Source: Thermosulfurimonas dismutans (lineage in GTDB: Bacteria; Desulfobacterota; Thermodesulfobacteria; Thermodesulfobacteriales; Thermodesulfobacteriaceae). Taken from it: DNA of 32,000 nucleotides. The stretch lies in NCBI RefSeq assembly GCF_001652585.1, contig NZ_LWLG01000005.1, forward strand, positions 60,001 through 92,000. Reading direction: 5' to 3'. Position 1 is the stretch's first letter. Every line of letters begins with the position of its first letter. The notes beneath the pieces were generated by a model. It ran no database searches. It worked only from the letters and a program-made list of their open reading frames with translations, and was not told the DNA's origin. Made by a program: the position numbers and the translations under genes. This document shows positions 24,570 to 32,000 of this stretch, piece by piece.

Positions 24570-24593
24570 AGCTTTACCCCCTTCTATTTGTTT

Positions 24594-24622
24594 TTTAGAA
24601 ATTTTTTTTCGTAGCTTTTCAA
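24594..24622 (-). promoter_or_regulatory. Candidate sigma70-type promoter for the 923-aa gene
   Basis: On the minus strand: TTGAAA (24622-24617), a 17-nt A-rich spacer, then TCTAAA (24599-24594), about 25 nt upstream of ATG 24569. The -10 is weak (4/6). Confidence 0.3.
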
Positions 24623-24671
24623 ATCTCGCTTTTACAATTACCTTTAATTTGTTTGTTAAGTACTGGTATCA

Positions 24672-24905
24672 TCATGAAACCAATCCCAGGGCCATGCGCA
24701 GGATCACCAGGGCGTCGCCGATGGTGATCTTGCCATCCGGCTGGGGTGTTCCGTCCGCCGCAAGCGGGGCCACATCCGCGTGGCATTTGTCTTCCTCCGA
24801 AGGTGTCTCAAGCCCCAAGGCAAACCGCAGGGTCACCAGAGCGTCACCGATATTCACCTTTCCGTCCCGGGCACCCAGCGGGGCCACGTCCCCGTCCGGC
24901 GTGCA
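24672..24905 (-). other. Dockerin-like module D8 (C-terminal)
   Basis: CTPDGDVAPLGARDGKVNIGDALVTLRFALGLETPSEEDKCHADVAPLAADGTPQPDGKITIGDALVILRMALGLVS. Confidence 0.75.
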
Positions 24906-27023
24906 GAGAGGAGGAACGGGCACGGTGAAGTTCCACCGCTCGGACTGAACCGCCCCACCCTTCCCATCCGAAGCCTCCACATACCAGTAATAAGTAGTTC
25001 CATTCTCAAGATCGGCGATGGTGCAGGTGGTCTGCGTTATACCTATACATCCCACAACTGGATGAAAACTCTCCTCCCCCTGTCTGGCAAGAAAAACGGT
25101 ATATCTTACGGTGTCGTTTTCACTATCCAAAGAAGCCTGCCAGGAAAGGGTTACCGGGGCCGGGGTCTCACTTCCGGACTCAGGTGATATTAATGCCGGT
25201 GCGGAAGGGGGAGTATTGTCCTCAAAGGAGATCACTCCACCGTCGGTGGCGGCATACCACCGAGAGCCTATCTTCACCAGGTCGTAAAGAGTGTAGAGAT
25301 CATTTATAAAATATTGAAATCTCGTCCAGGTCTTTCCCCCGTCTTTGGACTGGTAAAGGCCGTTGTCGGTGCGAGCGAAAAATCGAGAAGGATCTTCAGG
25401 ATCAGGATATACCTTGTACACCTCCTGCACCCCAGCAAGACTTACTTTCTGAAAAGAACCAGTGTCCTGGTAATATATATAAAGACCATTTCGGGTGGAA
25501 ACGAAGGCCTTACCGGAGAAGAGCTGAATATCGTTTATATCCTTTATTCCGGTGTCTCGCCAGGTGCTACCGTTGTCGGAGGAAACAAAAAGATGTTTTT
25601 CATAATTCACACTGCTTACGGCATAAATTGTTCCCCGTTCCATGTCATAAGCCACCTCACTTACACTTCCGTCCGTTGGCCCGGATATGAACCCCCAAGT
25701 CTCCCCTCCGTCAGTGCTCATATAAATGCCATATCCCTGCCCCCCATCCCAGGAAGAAAGGTAACCCGCAACCCATATCTCAAGAGGATGATTTTTAGGA
25801 TCCGGAAAATAATAGTCGTAAAGGGAGCCTTTCCATATCACCGAACAGTTATCGAAATCGAGAGAACACCGACTGAAATGGGTGTACTCCGTCTCGTAAT
25901 AAGCGTAATCTCCCACCACGGTAAAAGTTTTGAAATCCTCATAAGGCCTTGCGGGTTCTTTAAAAAGTTCCCACCTTTTTTTCTTAAACGAGTACTTATA
26001 AATTCCCTTTCTATCAATATCAATTGTAGCCCAAAGGTCGCCAGAGGAATCCTTTTCTAAAAATTTAAGACTATATCCGGTGGCCACTCCATACTTTTGC
26101 CATGTATTTCCGCCATCGGTGGAAATTTCGAGATAGCCGTTCCTTCCGAGCCAGATAGTCTCTCCCCGTACCGCCACGGAATAAACCGCCTCCGGGGCGA
26201 TAAAGCTCCAGGTTTGGCCCTGATCGTCCGAACGATAAAGACCTCCACTGGTGGCCAGCCAGATATGCCCCTGGGAATCAATAACCGCATCGTTTACATA
26301 ATCCGAAAGACCGAGCTCCCGAAAACTTCCCCCGGTGTCCGTAGAGATGTAGCCCTTTCCCCCACCTATTACCAGAACTGGATTTCCGTTTCTCGCGGCG
26401 GAGATTTTTATTCCATCATACCAATCCTTGGGAAGCCCGGTTCCCACCTTCTCCCAGGAGAGCCCTCCGTCATCGGAACGATATAAACCCTCAGCTTCTA
26501 TATAAACATAAACTCGGTTATCATAGAAAGGAGAAAACCAAATATTTGAATAGTAATTTGAAATATTTAACACCTTTAAAAAATTTTTCCCTTCATCTTG
26601 TGAAAAATAAATTGCATCTCCTTCCAACCCAACTAAAATTTGAGATCCTTGAGCCTGAATGTCATAAATGTTTCCTTTAAATGTAAAAAGATCATACCAA
26701 TTTCGACCTCCATCTCCAGAAATCATTAAAATGCCATAATTACTACTATATAACCGATAAGGATCCTCCTGATCTACGGCAAGCGGAAGTCTTGTGGAGA
26801 CCCGCACAAAATGGCGACCGCCGTCGCGGCTCTGGTAAAGTACACCACCACAAATCACGTAAAGGAACGTACCGTTGGAGGATTCCGGAAGCAGGATTTC
26901 TACCCGGCCACAGGAGGTAACGACCAGGTCCTCACTTGGTCCCAGATGCTCCACCCCTTCCACCATTGCCATAAGAGGCGTAGACCAAATAAACAAGAGA
27001 AGGAAAGTCAAAAACATCCTCAA
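24672..27023 (-). CDS. Secreted BNR/Asp-box repeat beta-propeller protein with Fn3 domain and C-terminal dockerin-like module
   Basis: Signal peptide MRMFLTFLLLFIWSTPLMA. There are ten S-x-D-x-G-x-(T/S/N)-(W/F) Asp-boxes: SRDGGRHF, SGDGGRNW, SQDEGKNF, SDDGGLSW, STDTGGSF, SDDQGQTW, STDGGNTW, STDGGETW, SSDNGSTW, SKDGGKTW. Fn3: PAPVTLSWQASLDSENDTVRYTVF...GTTYYWYVEASDGKG. Confidence 0.9.
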   Translation of the reverse strand: MRMFLTFLLLFIWSTPLMAMVEGVEHLGPSEDLVVTSCGRVEILLPESSNGTFLYVICGGVLYQSRDGGRHFVRVSTRLPLAVDQEDPYRLYSSNYGILMISGDGGRNWYDLFTFKGNIYDIQAQGSQILVGLEGDAIYFSQDEGKNFLKVLNISNYYSNIWFSPFYDNRVYVYIEAEGLYRSDDGGLSWEKVGTGLPKDWYDGIKISAARNGNPVLVIGGGKGYISTDTGGSFRELGLSDYVNDAVIDSQGHIWLATSGGLYRSDDQGQTWSFIAPEAVYSVAVRGETIWLGRNGYLEISTDGGNTWQKYGVATGYSLKFLEKDSSGDLWATIDIDRKGIYKYSFKKKRWELFKEPARPYEDFKTFTVVGDYAYYETEYTHFSRCSLDFDNCSVIWKGSLYDYYFPDPKNHPLEIWVAGYLSSWDGGQGYGIYMSTDGGETWGFISGPTDGSVSEVAYDMERGTIYAVSSVNYEKHLFVSSDNGSTWRDTGIKDINDIQLFSGKAFVSTRNGLYIYYQDTGSFQKVSLAGVQEVYKVYPDPEDPSRFFARTDNGLYQSKDGGKTWTRFQYFINDLYTLYDLVKIGSRWYAATDGGVISFEDNTPPSAPALISPESGSETPAPVTLSWQASLDSENDTVRYTVFLARQGEESFHPVVGCIGITQTTCTIADLENGTTYYWYVEASDGKGGAVQSERWNFTVPVPPLCTPDGDVAPLGARDGKVNIGDALVTLRFALGLETPSEEDKCHADVAPLAADGTPQPDGKITIGDALVILRMALGLVS

Positions 27024-27054
27024 CTTTCCTCCTTCCCCCCGTACATTTACAATT

Positions 27055-27084
27055 CTTCTACAATCCTTATCCTTCCCTTGTCAA
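27055..27084 (-). promoter_or_regulatory. Candidate sigma70-type promoter for the first gene of the cluster (783-aa gene)
   Basis: On the minus strand: TTGACA (27084-27079), an 18-nt spacer, then TAGAAG (27060-27055). SD GGAAGGAGG precedes ATG 27023. Confidence 0.3.
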
Positions 27085-27108
27085 GTAGTTTTCTTTACCA
27101 TGTGTTAT

Positions 27109-27155
27109 TGCAAAGCGATTTTGTCACCCTTAACTGCAAAGCCAAAATGTCACCC
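27109..27155. promoter_or_regulatory. Two 21-bp direct repeats upstream of the candidate -35 (possible regulator-binding sites)
   Basis: TGCAAAGCGATTTTGTCACCC (27109-27129) and TGCAAAGCCAAAATGTCACCC (27135-27155), 17/21 identical with a 26-bp period. The first is itself an imperfect palindrome: TGCAAA-n5-TTTGtCA. Confidence 0.3.
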
Positions 27156-27282
27156 CCTCCCGGTAAAACCATAGGCTCGAATCCTCATCAAGGAGATCGG
27201 ACCTATGGGAAATTGTCCAAAGGAGGGGTGGTAAAGTGGTCCCCATCTTTTGGACAGGTCAACCCACAAATTGAGGTGCATT

Positions 27283-27310
27283 AGCTCAGACTTAATCTGA
27301 CAGGTAGGCC
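27283..27310 (+). repeat. IS left terminal inverted repeat
   Basis: 18 of the first 21 positions match the reverse complement of 28292-28318. Confidence 0.65.
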
Positions 27311-27383
27311 TTCCCAAAGGGGGTGGTCTAGGCTACCCTCCAGAGAGAGCTCCACTCAAAACTCAAAATAAGGAGGAATAGCC

Positions 27384-28262
27384 ATGACCACCCAAGAGAA
27401 GCTTATCAAGAACAAGCTAGGTTTGCTAGAGTTAGCGGCGTATTTAAAGAATGTTTCCGAGGCTTGCCGGGTGATGGGTTTCAGCCGAGACACCTTCTAC
27501 CGGATCAAGAAGGCTTACGAGGAAGGCGGAATAGAGGCCCTTTACGAAAAGAGCCGCCGGAAACCGAATTTCAAGAACCGGGTTTCAGAAGAGGTAGAGC
27601 GGGCGGTGGTGGAACTGGCTTTGGAGGATCCTTCCTTGGGCCAGAAGAGGGTAAGCGACGAATTGAGGAAGCGAGGGATATTTGTATCTCCGGCCGGGGT
27701 AAGGAGCATCTGGCTTAGGCACGGGCTGGAGCGTTTTGAGAAGAGGCTCAGGGCGTTGGATGAGAGGGTAGCGCGGACGAGAGAGGTAGCTTTTGCGAAG
27801 CTTTACACCAGCAAACATCCTAGCAACAGTGCGGATTTACTGAACGATCGGGTGATACCGTTTTTTGAGGAGCATGGACTCTCGGTATTGAGGATATTAA
27901 CAGATCGGGGGACGGAATTTTGCGGACGTATTGACCGGCACGAATACGAGCTCTTTTTGGCTTTGAACGACATAGAGCACACCAAAACCAAAGCCAAGAA
28001 CCCTCAGACCAATGGAATATGCGAACGGTTCCACCTGACGATCAAAGAGGAGTTTTACTCCATAGCGTTGAGGCGGAAGCTTTACCGAAGCTTAGAGGAG
28101 CCGCAGGAGGATTTGGATTTGTGGATAGAGAAATACAATAGTCAGAGGCCACACCAGGGGAAGTACTGTGAAGGCAAGACGCCGATGGAGACGTTTTTGG
28201 GAAATGTGCCCTTGGCAAAGGAAAAGATGCATTCTAATGTAGAGGTTGATTTTGGGCTCTGA
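27384..28262 (+). CDS. IS481-family transposase (DDE/rve), apparently lacking the segment with the first catalytic Asp
   Basis: N-terminal HTH: LKNVSEACRVMGFSRDTFYRIKKAYEEGGIEAL. The rve C-terminal half reads ILTDRGTEFCG...HTKTKAKNPQTNGICERFH...YNSQRPHQG. AGGAGG lies 7 nt upstream of the ATG. The protein is 292 aa. Related transposases I recall carry about 70-90 more residues between ...RLRALDERVA and VAFAKLYT. Confidence 0.8.
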   Translation: MTTQEKLIKNKLGLLELAAYLKNVSEACRVMGFSRDTFYRIKKAYEEGGIEALYEKSRRKPNFKNRVSEEVERAVVELALEDPSLGQKRVSDELRKRGIFVSPAGVRSIWLRHGLERFEKRLRALDERVARTREVAFAKLYTSKHPSNSADLLNDRVIPFFEEHGLSVLRILTDRGTEFCGRIDRHEYELFLALNDIEHTKTKAKNPQTNGICERFHLTIKEEFYSIALRRKLYRSLEEPQEDLDLWIEKYNSQRPHQGKYCEGKTPMETFLGNVPLAKEKMHSNVEVDFGL

Positions 28263-28291
28263 CCGAGTCTGACAGGTGGAGACTCTGGAGG

Positions 28292-28318
28292 GGCCAACTG
28301 TCAGATCAAGTCTAAACT
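28292..28318 (-). repeat. IS right terminal inverted repeat
   Basis: See the left IR. A same-orientation partial copy of the IR core (TCTGACAGGTGG, 28268-28279) lies just inside it. Together with CTGTCAGA (28298-28305) it forms an internal palindrome. Confidence 0.65.
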
Positions 28319-28335
28319 TTTACACTTGATACCTT

Positions 28336-29559
28336 TCATGGATTGACTGGCTCCAATGCAAATCCCAAAAGCCGCCATTCTCCATCCTCTTTATAAAAAG
28401 TCCCCTCCAAAAGAACATCGACACTGTTGATGCCAGGATAAATCGCCTGTAGGCGGATCGCACCGTTTGCAAGCCGTTTCGATGGAAGGAGTTTCGGAGT
28501 TTGTGCAAAAATCTCTTTCCACTTCAAATGCGCGTGGAAGATCCCATGGAAGCCATGTTTGAGGGCTTTCCAGTCAGTGCGGTCTCTCCAGCTATGCACA
28601 CTGTGTTCGTAGAGAGGATTCAGATCTTTCTTCTCTATCGACGCGAGCATCCAGTCAGCCAAACGAGTAATCAGCTGTTTTTGAAGAGCCTCATCAGGCG
28701 CTTCAGCAGGTTGGACGCTTCTTTCCAGTTTTGAGACATCTCCAATTGTGTATCGTTTACGCATCACCGGTTTGCCGTCTAGACGGAAGACTACTTCGAA
28801 AATTCCGTCCGGCCAATCTCTCGGCAAGTGTATATTTCCAACTATGGTTCCTTTTTTCTCTCTTCCGGCATATCGTATGATTCCCTCTTTTTTATAGATA
28901 CTCTTGTCACGATTGATACCGTCATTGACAACTATCCATTCAAGTGAATAGGGAGTACCCTCTTCAAGATTTTTGTAGGGGATAATCACGAAAATATTGT
29001 GCTGTGAGTTCGGAAAATGGTCCCCCACACCGATCGGGGTAATAGTTCCATCACTATTTTCTTTCACTTCTTTTGCAAGGTATATTTCTGAAATACCGGA
29101 TATATGGTGTATACTCTCTTTCTCAGTTTTTCCATACTTATTGGAATAAAGCGTAAATTCCTTTCTTGACAGGAGTCTTCCGTTTGAATATAGCTCCAGA
29201 GTATAGCGGCCTGCTGGCAACTGTAAATCACGATTATTGTAGTAAACGTGCAGTAGTTTTGTATAAGGATCTATAAACAGCTCTACTTCACCTAGGTTAG
29301 TATTCGGCTTAGGAAGCGCATCGATACTGACCCAGCGAACGACAATAGAGTCATTCTCTCCCACGCCCTTGAGGTGGATGAGAGCATGAATGACTGGAGT
29401 ATCAACAGGGAAGCGATCGGTGATTGCACCAAGCTCCACCCTCTGTTCTTCAGGATACTCTATGGCAACATCAGAAAACTCTATAGAGCTGACCTCATAA
29501 GCATAAGCGTTCGCCAGAGTGAACAGTATCAAAAAGAACAATATGGATACTTTTTTCAT
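28336..29559 (-). CDS. Secreted hypothetical protein (407 aa) with two related beta-sandwich-like modules; no dockerin
   Basis: Signal peptide MKKVSILFFLILFTLANAYA. The modules end ...GRYTLELYSNGRLLSRKEFTL and ...GIFEVVFRLDGKPVMRKRYTIG. Confidence 0.85.
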   Translation of the reverse strand: MKKVSILFFLILFTLANAYAYEVSSIEFSDVAIEYPEEQRVELGAITDRFPVDTPVIHALIHLKGVGENDSIVVRWVSIDALPKPNTNLGEVELFIDPYTKLLHVYYNNRDLQLPAGRYTLELYSNGRLLSRKEFTLYSNKYGKTEKESIHHISGISEIYLAKEVKENSDGTITPIGVGDHFPNSQHNIFVIIPYKNLEEGTPYSLEWIVVNDGINRDKSIYKKEGIIRYAGREKKGTIVGNIHLPRDWPDGIFEVVFRLDGKPVMRKRYTIGDVSKLERSVQPAEAPDEALQKQLITRLADWMLASIEKKDLNPLYEHSVHSWRDRTDWKALKHGFHGIFHAHLKWKEIFAQTPKLLPSKRLANGAIRLQAIYPGINSVDVLLEGTFYKEDGEWRLLGFALEPVNP

Positions 29560-29615
29560 CTGAAAGCTCCTTTCTTCATGAGATGGTTAGTTTTTACACT
29601 TCATCAGTCATCCCG

Positions 29616-32000
29616 TTATCTTCTGCCGATCGTGAAGTATTTTTCAATCACCTTTTTTCCGTTAACAGTAAAGATTAGATGGTATTCACCGTGAGGGAAA
29701 GCCCCATCTTCTGGGGAAATTTCTGCGGAAAAAATACCTTCTCTATCTGGAAGTTTTCCATCATCCCTATCAAAAAGCAGTTCCTCTTTTTGACTCCCGA
29801 AAGGCCGCCAATACCATTTTACCCCAATCCGATCCGTTGGCTGAGCTCCATTGTAATAGATAAAGAGGTAAAACGGTGAATTGCCATCGGGAAGATGGTC
29901 GGTCACCGTATTGGGATCGGGTTCGCCCGTCGGGAGCTTACGAGTAGCGATAAGCACATTAGTGATGATCGTTCCCTCCCCTCTTACCGAAGAGTGCCCA
30001 TCAGAACCAACACCTGGTCCCTGGGAAATATGGTGTGGGCTATTGCCGTTGAGCATATCGACAGTATCTATCAAAACCGTCCCTGAACCTGCGCCTACAA
30101 GGCTTTTCGGACGCACACTCCACTCGATCCAATCGACCTGAATCTCATGTCCAGTATACCATCCGTAAGGATGCATAATGAAGCGGATGAATGGAGTTCT
30201 CAGAGGTGCCGCTTTGGCTGTAACTTCTTGGCCGTTAATCCGATAGCGCACCGTTGCTGTTTCCGGATCATAAACAATCTCCTCGACAAACCATTGATCC
30301 CATATAGGCTGTAGGACACCATAGTTTCCAAGTTGCCTCCAGTTGGCTCCAGACAGGACAAAACCATGTTTAGCTGGGACATACTGGCGAACTCCTGGTT
30401 TTTCATAAACATAATTGTAATAGGTCACCTGAAAGAGTCCTGTCCCAAACGCTGAAAGCCATGCTGCTCTCTTTTTGGGCATTCGAACATCTGAACCATC
30501 TGTCTGGTAGAACCAGATACCTCCCTCGAAATAGTTGTTGGCATAGTGAGCTTTAACTCTTCTACGGAGAACAAAAACTTCGCCTTCTTTCAAGGGAATT
30601 GGTTTCGATGCTACGAAGGGACTCTGATCTGTTCGGTTACAGAGCAGATCGAGTATTCCATTGTAGACCAAACTTGCACCATTCAGACGCCGAAGGGTTT
30701 TCCACTCATAGGTTTCCCAATTGATGGGATTGAACCTGTAAAAGTCGTCTCTGAAATTTCGTGTAGGTTTGTCTCCGTGCCCTATGAAGTTTTCCCCTCC
30801 GTCTGCAGTGTTATAGACATTTGTGGCATAAACGCTATTCGCCCAAAAACCACCACATATCTCATTCGGGTTGCCCGAGCACTTCATATTACAGTTATTC
30901 GCCGGGCCGAATAGACCATAGTCATTGTCACAGAAACACTGAGAACCGTATTGAACGCCGGCATATCTATATCCAGAGCTCCTGCAAATGGAGATACACT
31001 TCTCCACACTCATGTCACTGGCAGAAACAATTTTTTTATCTAAGTCTCGTCCCTGGGTCCCATATGGATCACCCTGATCCTTGAAACATCCTATATAGTT
31101 GTCCTTGATGCTTCTAGACCGAGACTCTGTTACAGCGTGAGATACGTGTGTTCTTCGTTTCACTCCAGATATACAGCATTTGTTTCTAACTGGGTTGGGC
31201 ACAGCATTTTTAAGCCAGCACTTGGCGTAAGCCCCCTGAATCGTATACGGCTTTACATAGGTCCAGGCCTTACATTCTGGGTCCTTATCACAAGCATCCT
31301 GACAAAGTTTATAGTCTGGATAAGGCAGATTGAAGTTTTTATAGTCTAGACCCGGCCTGTCTATATTATCCTCGACCCCATCGCCATAATGAATCTTCGG
31401 CACATTGAGACCTACCACATTGTAGATGCTGTTTGCCCAATTTCCTCCACAGATTTGATTTTTATCTCCTGTGCAGTTCATATTACAGTTTGTAGCCGGT
31501 CCATATTTTCCGTAGCTGTTTCCACAGAAGCATTGGCTGCTGTATTGCACACCTGCATATCTATACCCCCTTCTTGCACATTCCCTCATACATAAATCAG
31601 GTGTCATCTTATCGCTTCCAAACCCAAAAGCAGCCAAATCTCGGCCATTGAGACCATATGGATCGCCTTGGTCTTTGAAGCAGCCTAAATAGGTGTAGTT
31701 GTTTTTTGGTTCGTAAGAGTTGCTGTTTTGGTTATTATTGAGGAAATTTTCTCCATTTTCTGCTGTATTGTAGATGACTTCATTGTTGTTATCGATTTGA
31801 TCCATTGCTTTTTTGATAATCAAGAGTTTCTTTTTTAGTATGAAGTCTGCAAGCGGCATCACTTTTGCTATTTTCCATCTATTGGACTGTTTTTGTAATA
31901 GAAATACTAAGTTATTATCCTCGTTAAAGCTTCTTTTGCTAAATCTATCGTAGATTGTTACATTTACATGCACTTCCACTATTGCTTTATCCCCAAATGC
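29616..32000 (-). CDS. WSC-PAN/Apple-WSC domain protein with a probable ConA-like beta-sandwich region; 5' end runs off the window
   Basis: The track start (GTG 31979) is probably internal, since the frame stays open to 32000 ([11 protein letters not shown]...). WSC1 (31419-31694): [19 protein letters not shown]...[33 protein letters not shown]...[25 protein letters not shown]-like (31164-31367): [19 protein letters not shown]...[13 protein letters not shown]2 (30825-31100): [19 protein letters not shown]...[28 protein letters not shown]...[10 protein letters not shown]. Confidence 0.85.
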   Translation of the reverse strand, partial: AFGDKAIVEVHVNVTIYDRFSKRSFNEDNNLVFLLQKQSNRWKIAKVMPLADFILKKKLLIIKKAMDQIDNNNEVIYNTAENGENFLNNNQNSNSYEPKNNYTYLGCFKDQGDPYGLNGRDLAAFGFGSDKMTPDLCMRECARRGYRYAGVQYSSQCFCGNSYGKYGPATNCNMNCTGDKNQICGGNWANSIYNVVGLNVPKIHYGDGVEDNIDRPGLDYKNFNLPYPDYKLCQDACDKDPECKAWTYVKPYTIQGAYAKCWLKNAVPNPVRNKCCISGVKRRTHVSHAVTESRSRSIKDNYIGCFKDQGDPYGTQGRDLDKKIVSASDMSVEKCISICRSSGYRYAGVQYGSQCFCDNDYGLFGPANNCNMKCSGNPNEICGGFWANSVYATNVYNTADGGENFIGHGDKPTRNFRDDFYRFNPINWETYEWKTLRRLNGASLVYNGILDLLCNRTDQSPFVASKPIPLKEGEVFVLRRRVKAHYANNYFEGGIWFYQTDGSDVRMPKKRAAWLSAFGTGLFQVTYYNYVYEKPGVRQYVPAKHGFVLSGANWRQLGNYGVLQPIWDQWFVEEIVYDPETATVRYRINGQEVTAKAAPLRTPFIRFIMHPYGWYTGHEIQVDWIEWSVRPKSLVGAGSGTVLIDTVDMLNGNSPHHISQGPGVGSDGHSSVRGEGTIITNVLIATRKLPTGEPDPNTVTDHLPDGNSPFYLFIYYNGAQPTDRIGVKWYWRPFGSQKEELLFDRDDGKLPDREGIFSAEISPEDGAFPHGEYHLIFTVNGKKVIEKYFTIGRR

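Larger units (their letters stand above)
27283..28318 (+). mobile_element. IS481-family-like insertion sequence, internally deleted derivative
   Basis: Imperfect terminal inverted repeats are present: left AGCTCAGACTTAATCTGACAGGTAGGCC, and reverse complement of right AGTTTAGACTTGATCTGACAGTTGGCC. They flank a single HTH plus rve-type transposase ORF. I found no clear target-site duplication. Confidence 0.7.

Noticed and set aside
1528-24905. The eight dispersed ~235-bp repeats considered as a CRISPR array, REP elements or MITEs.
   Set aside because: They are far longer than CRISPR repeats and irregularly spaced (1.3-7.6 kb). They are always in frame inside long ORFs and conserved at the protein level with synonymous variation, so they are coding domain cassettes.
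27174-27184. GGCTCGAATCC, resembling a tRNA T-arm (GGTTCGAATCC), which could indicate a tRNA gene or an att-site remnant next to the IS.
   Set aside because: Flanking bases give only a 3-bp T-stem. No acceptor, D or anticodon arms can be built on either strand in the preceding 70 nt.

Overview
Bacterial window of roughly 48% G+C, estimated from hand counts, with every gene but one on the minus strand. Positions ~1-27,023 form a tightly packed, co-directional cluster of about 12 genes for secreted or lipoprotein-anchored proteins. A recurring 77-78-aa module ties them together: CTPDGDVAPLGxRDGxVNIGDALVxLRFALGLExP(S/T)xEDxCHADVAPLGxDGxPxPDGxITIGDALVILRKALGLVxW. It is an internally duplicated, EF-hand-like unit that I read as a divergent dockerin. 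It occurs 8 times: six at C-termini, one directly after a signal peptide, and one internal.

The same cluster encodes four intact cohesin-like beta-sandwich modules plus one truncated remnant. Two sit at the C-termini of lipoproteins with an LVAC lipobox (276 aa and 923 aa). Two lie in tandem in a 1567-aa scaffoldin-like protein that also carries its own dockerin.

The dockerin-bearing cargo is not cellulolytic:
- a GH114-type endo-alpha-1,4-polygalactosaminidase with a Kazal-like domain
- two paralogous HExxH / WxxEG metallopeptidase-like proteins
- a CAP/SCP-domain protein
- a BNR/Asp-box propeller with an Fn3 domain
- a PKD plus propeller-like repeat protein
- one protein of unknown fold

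I interpret this as a non-cellulosomal, lipoprotein-anchored cohesin-dockerin surface-display system.

Other points of interest:
- an abrupt drop to about 22-32% G+C in the 5' 2 kb of the scaffoldin gene, suggesting a chimeric gene
- an 81-nt block identical between two dockerin modules, suggesting gene conversion
- a decayed cohesin fragment directly downstream of a strong terminator
- a 178-codon open frame with a TM helix and no canonical upstream start codon
- an internally deleted IS481-like element (27,283-28,318) at the cluster boundary

Beyond the IS lie two dockerin-free secreted-protein genes, one with a WSC-PAN-WSC architecture. I found no rRNA, tRNA or CRISPR array. All domain calls rest on motif recognition by eye and need HMM or structure confirmation.
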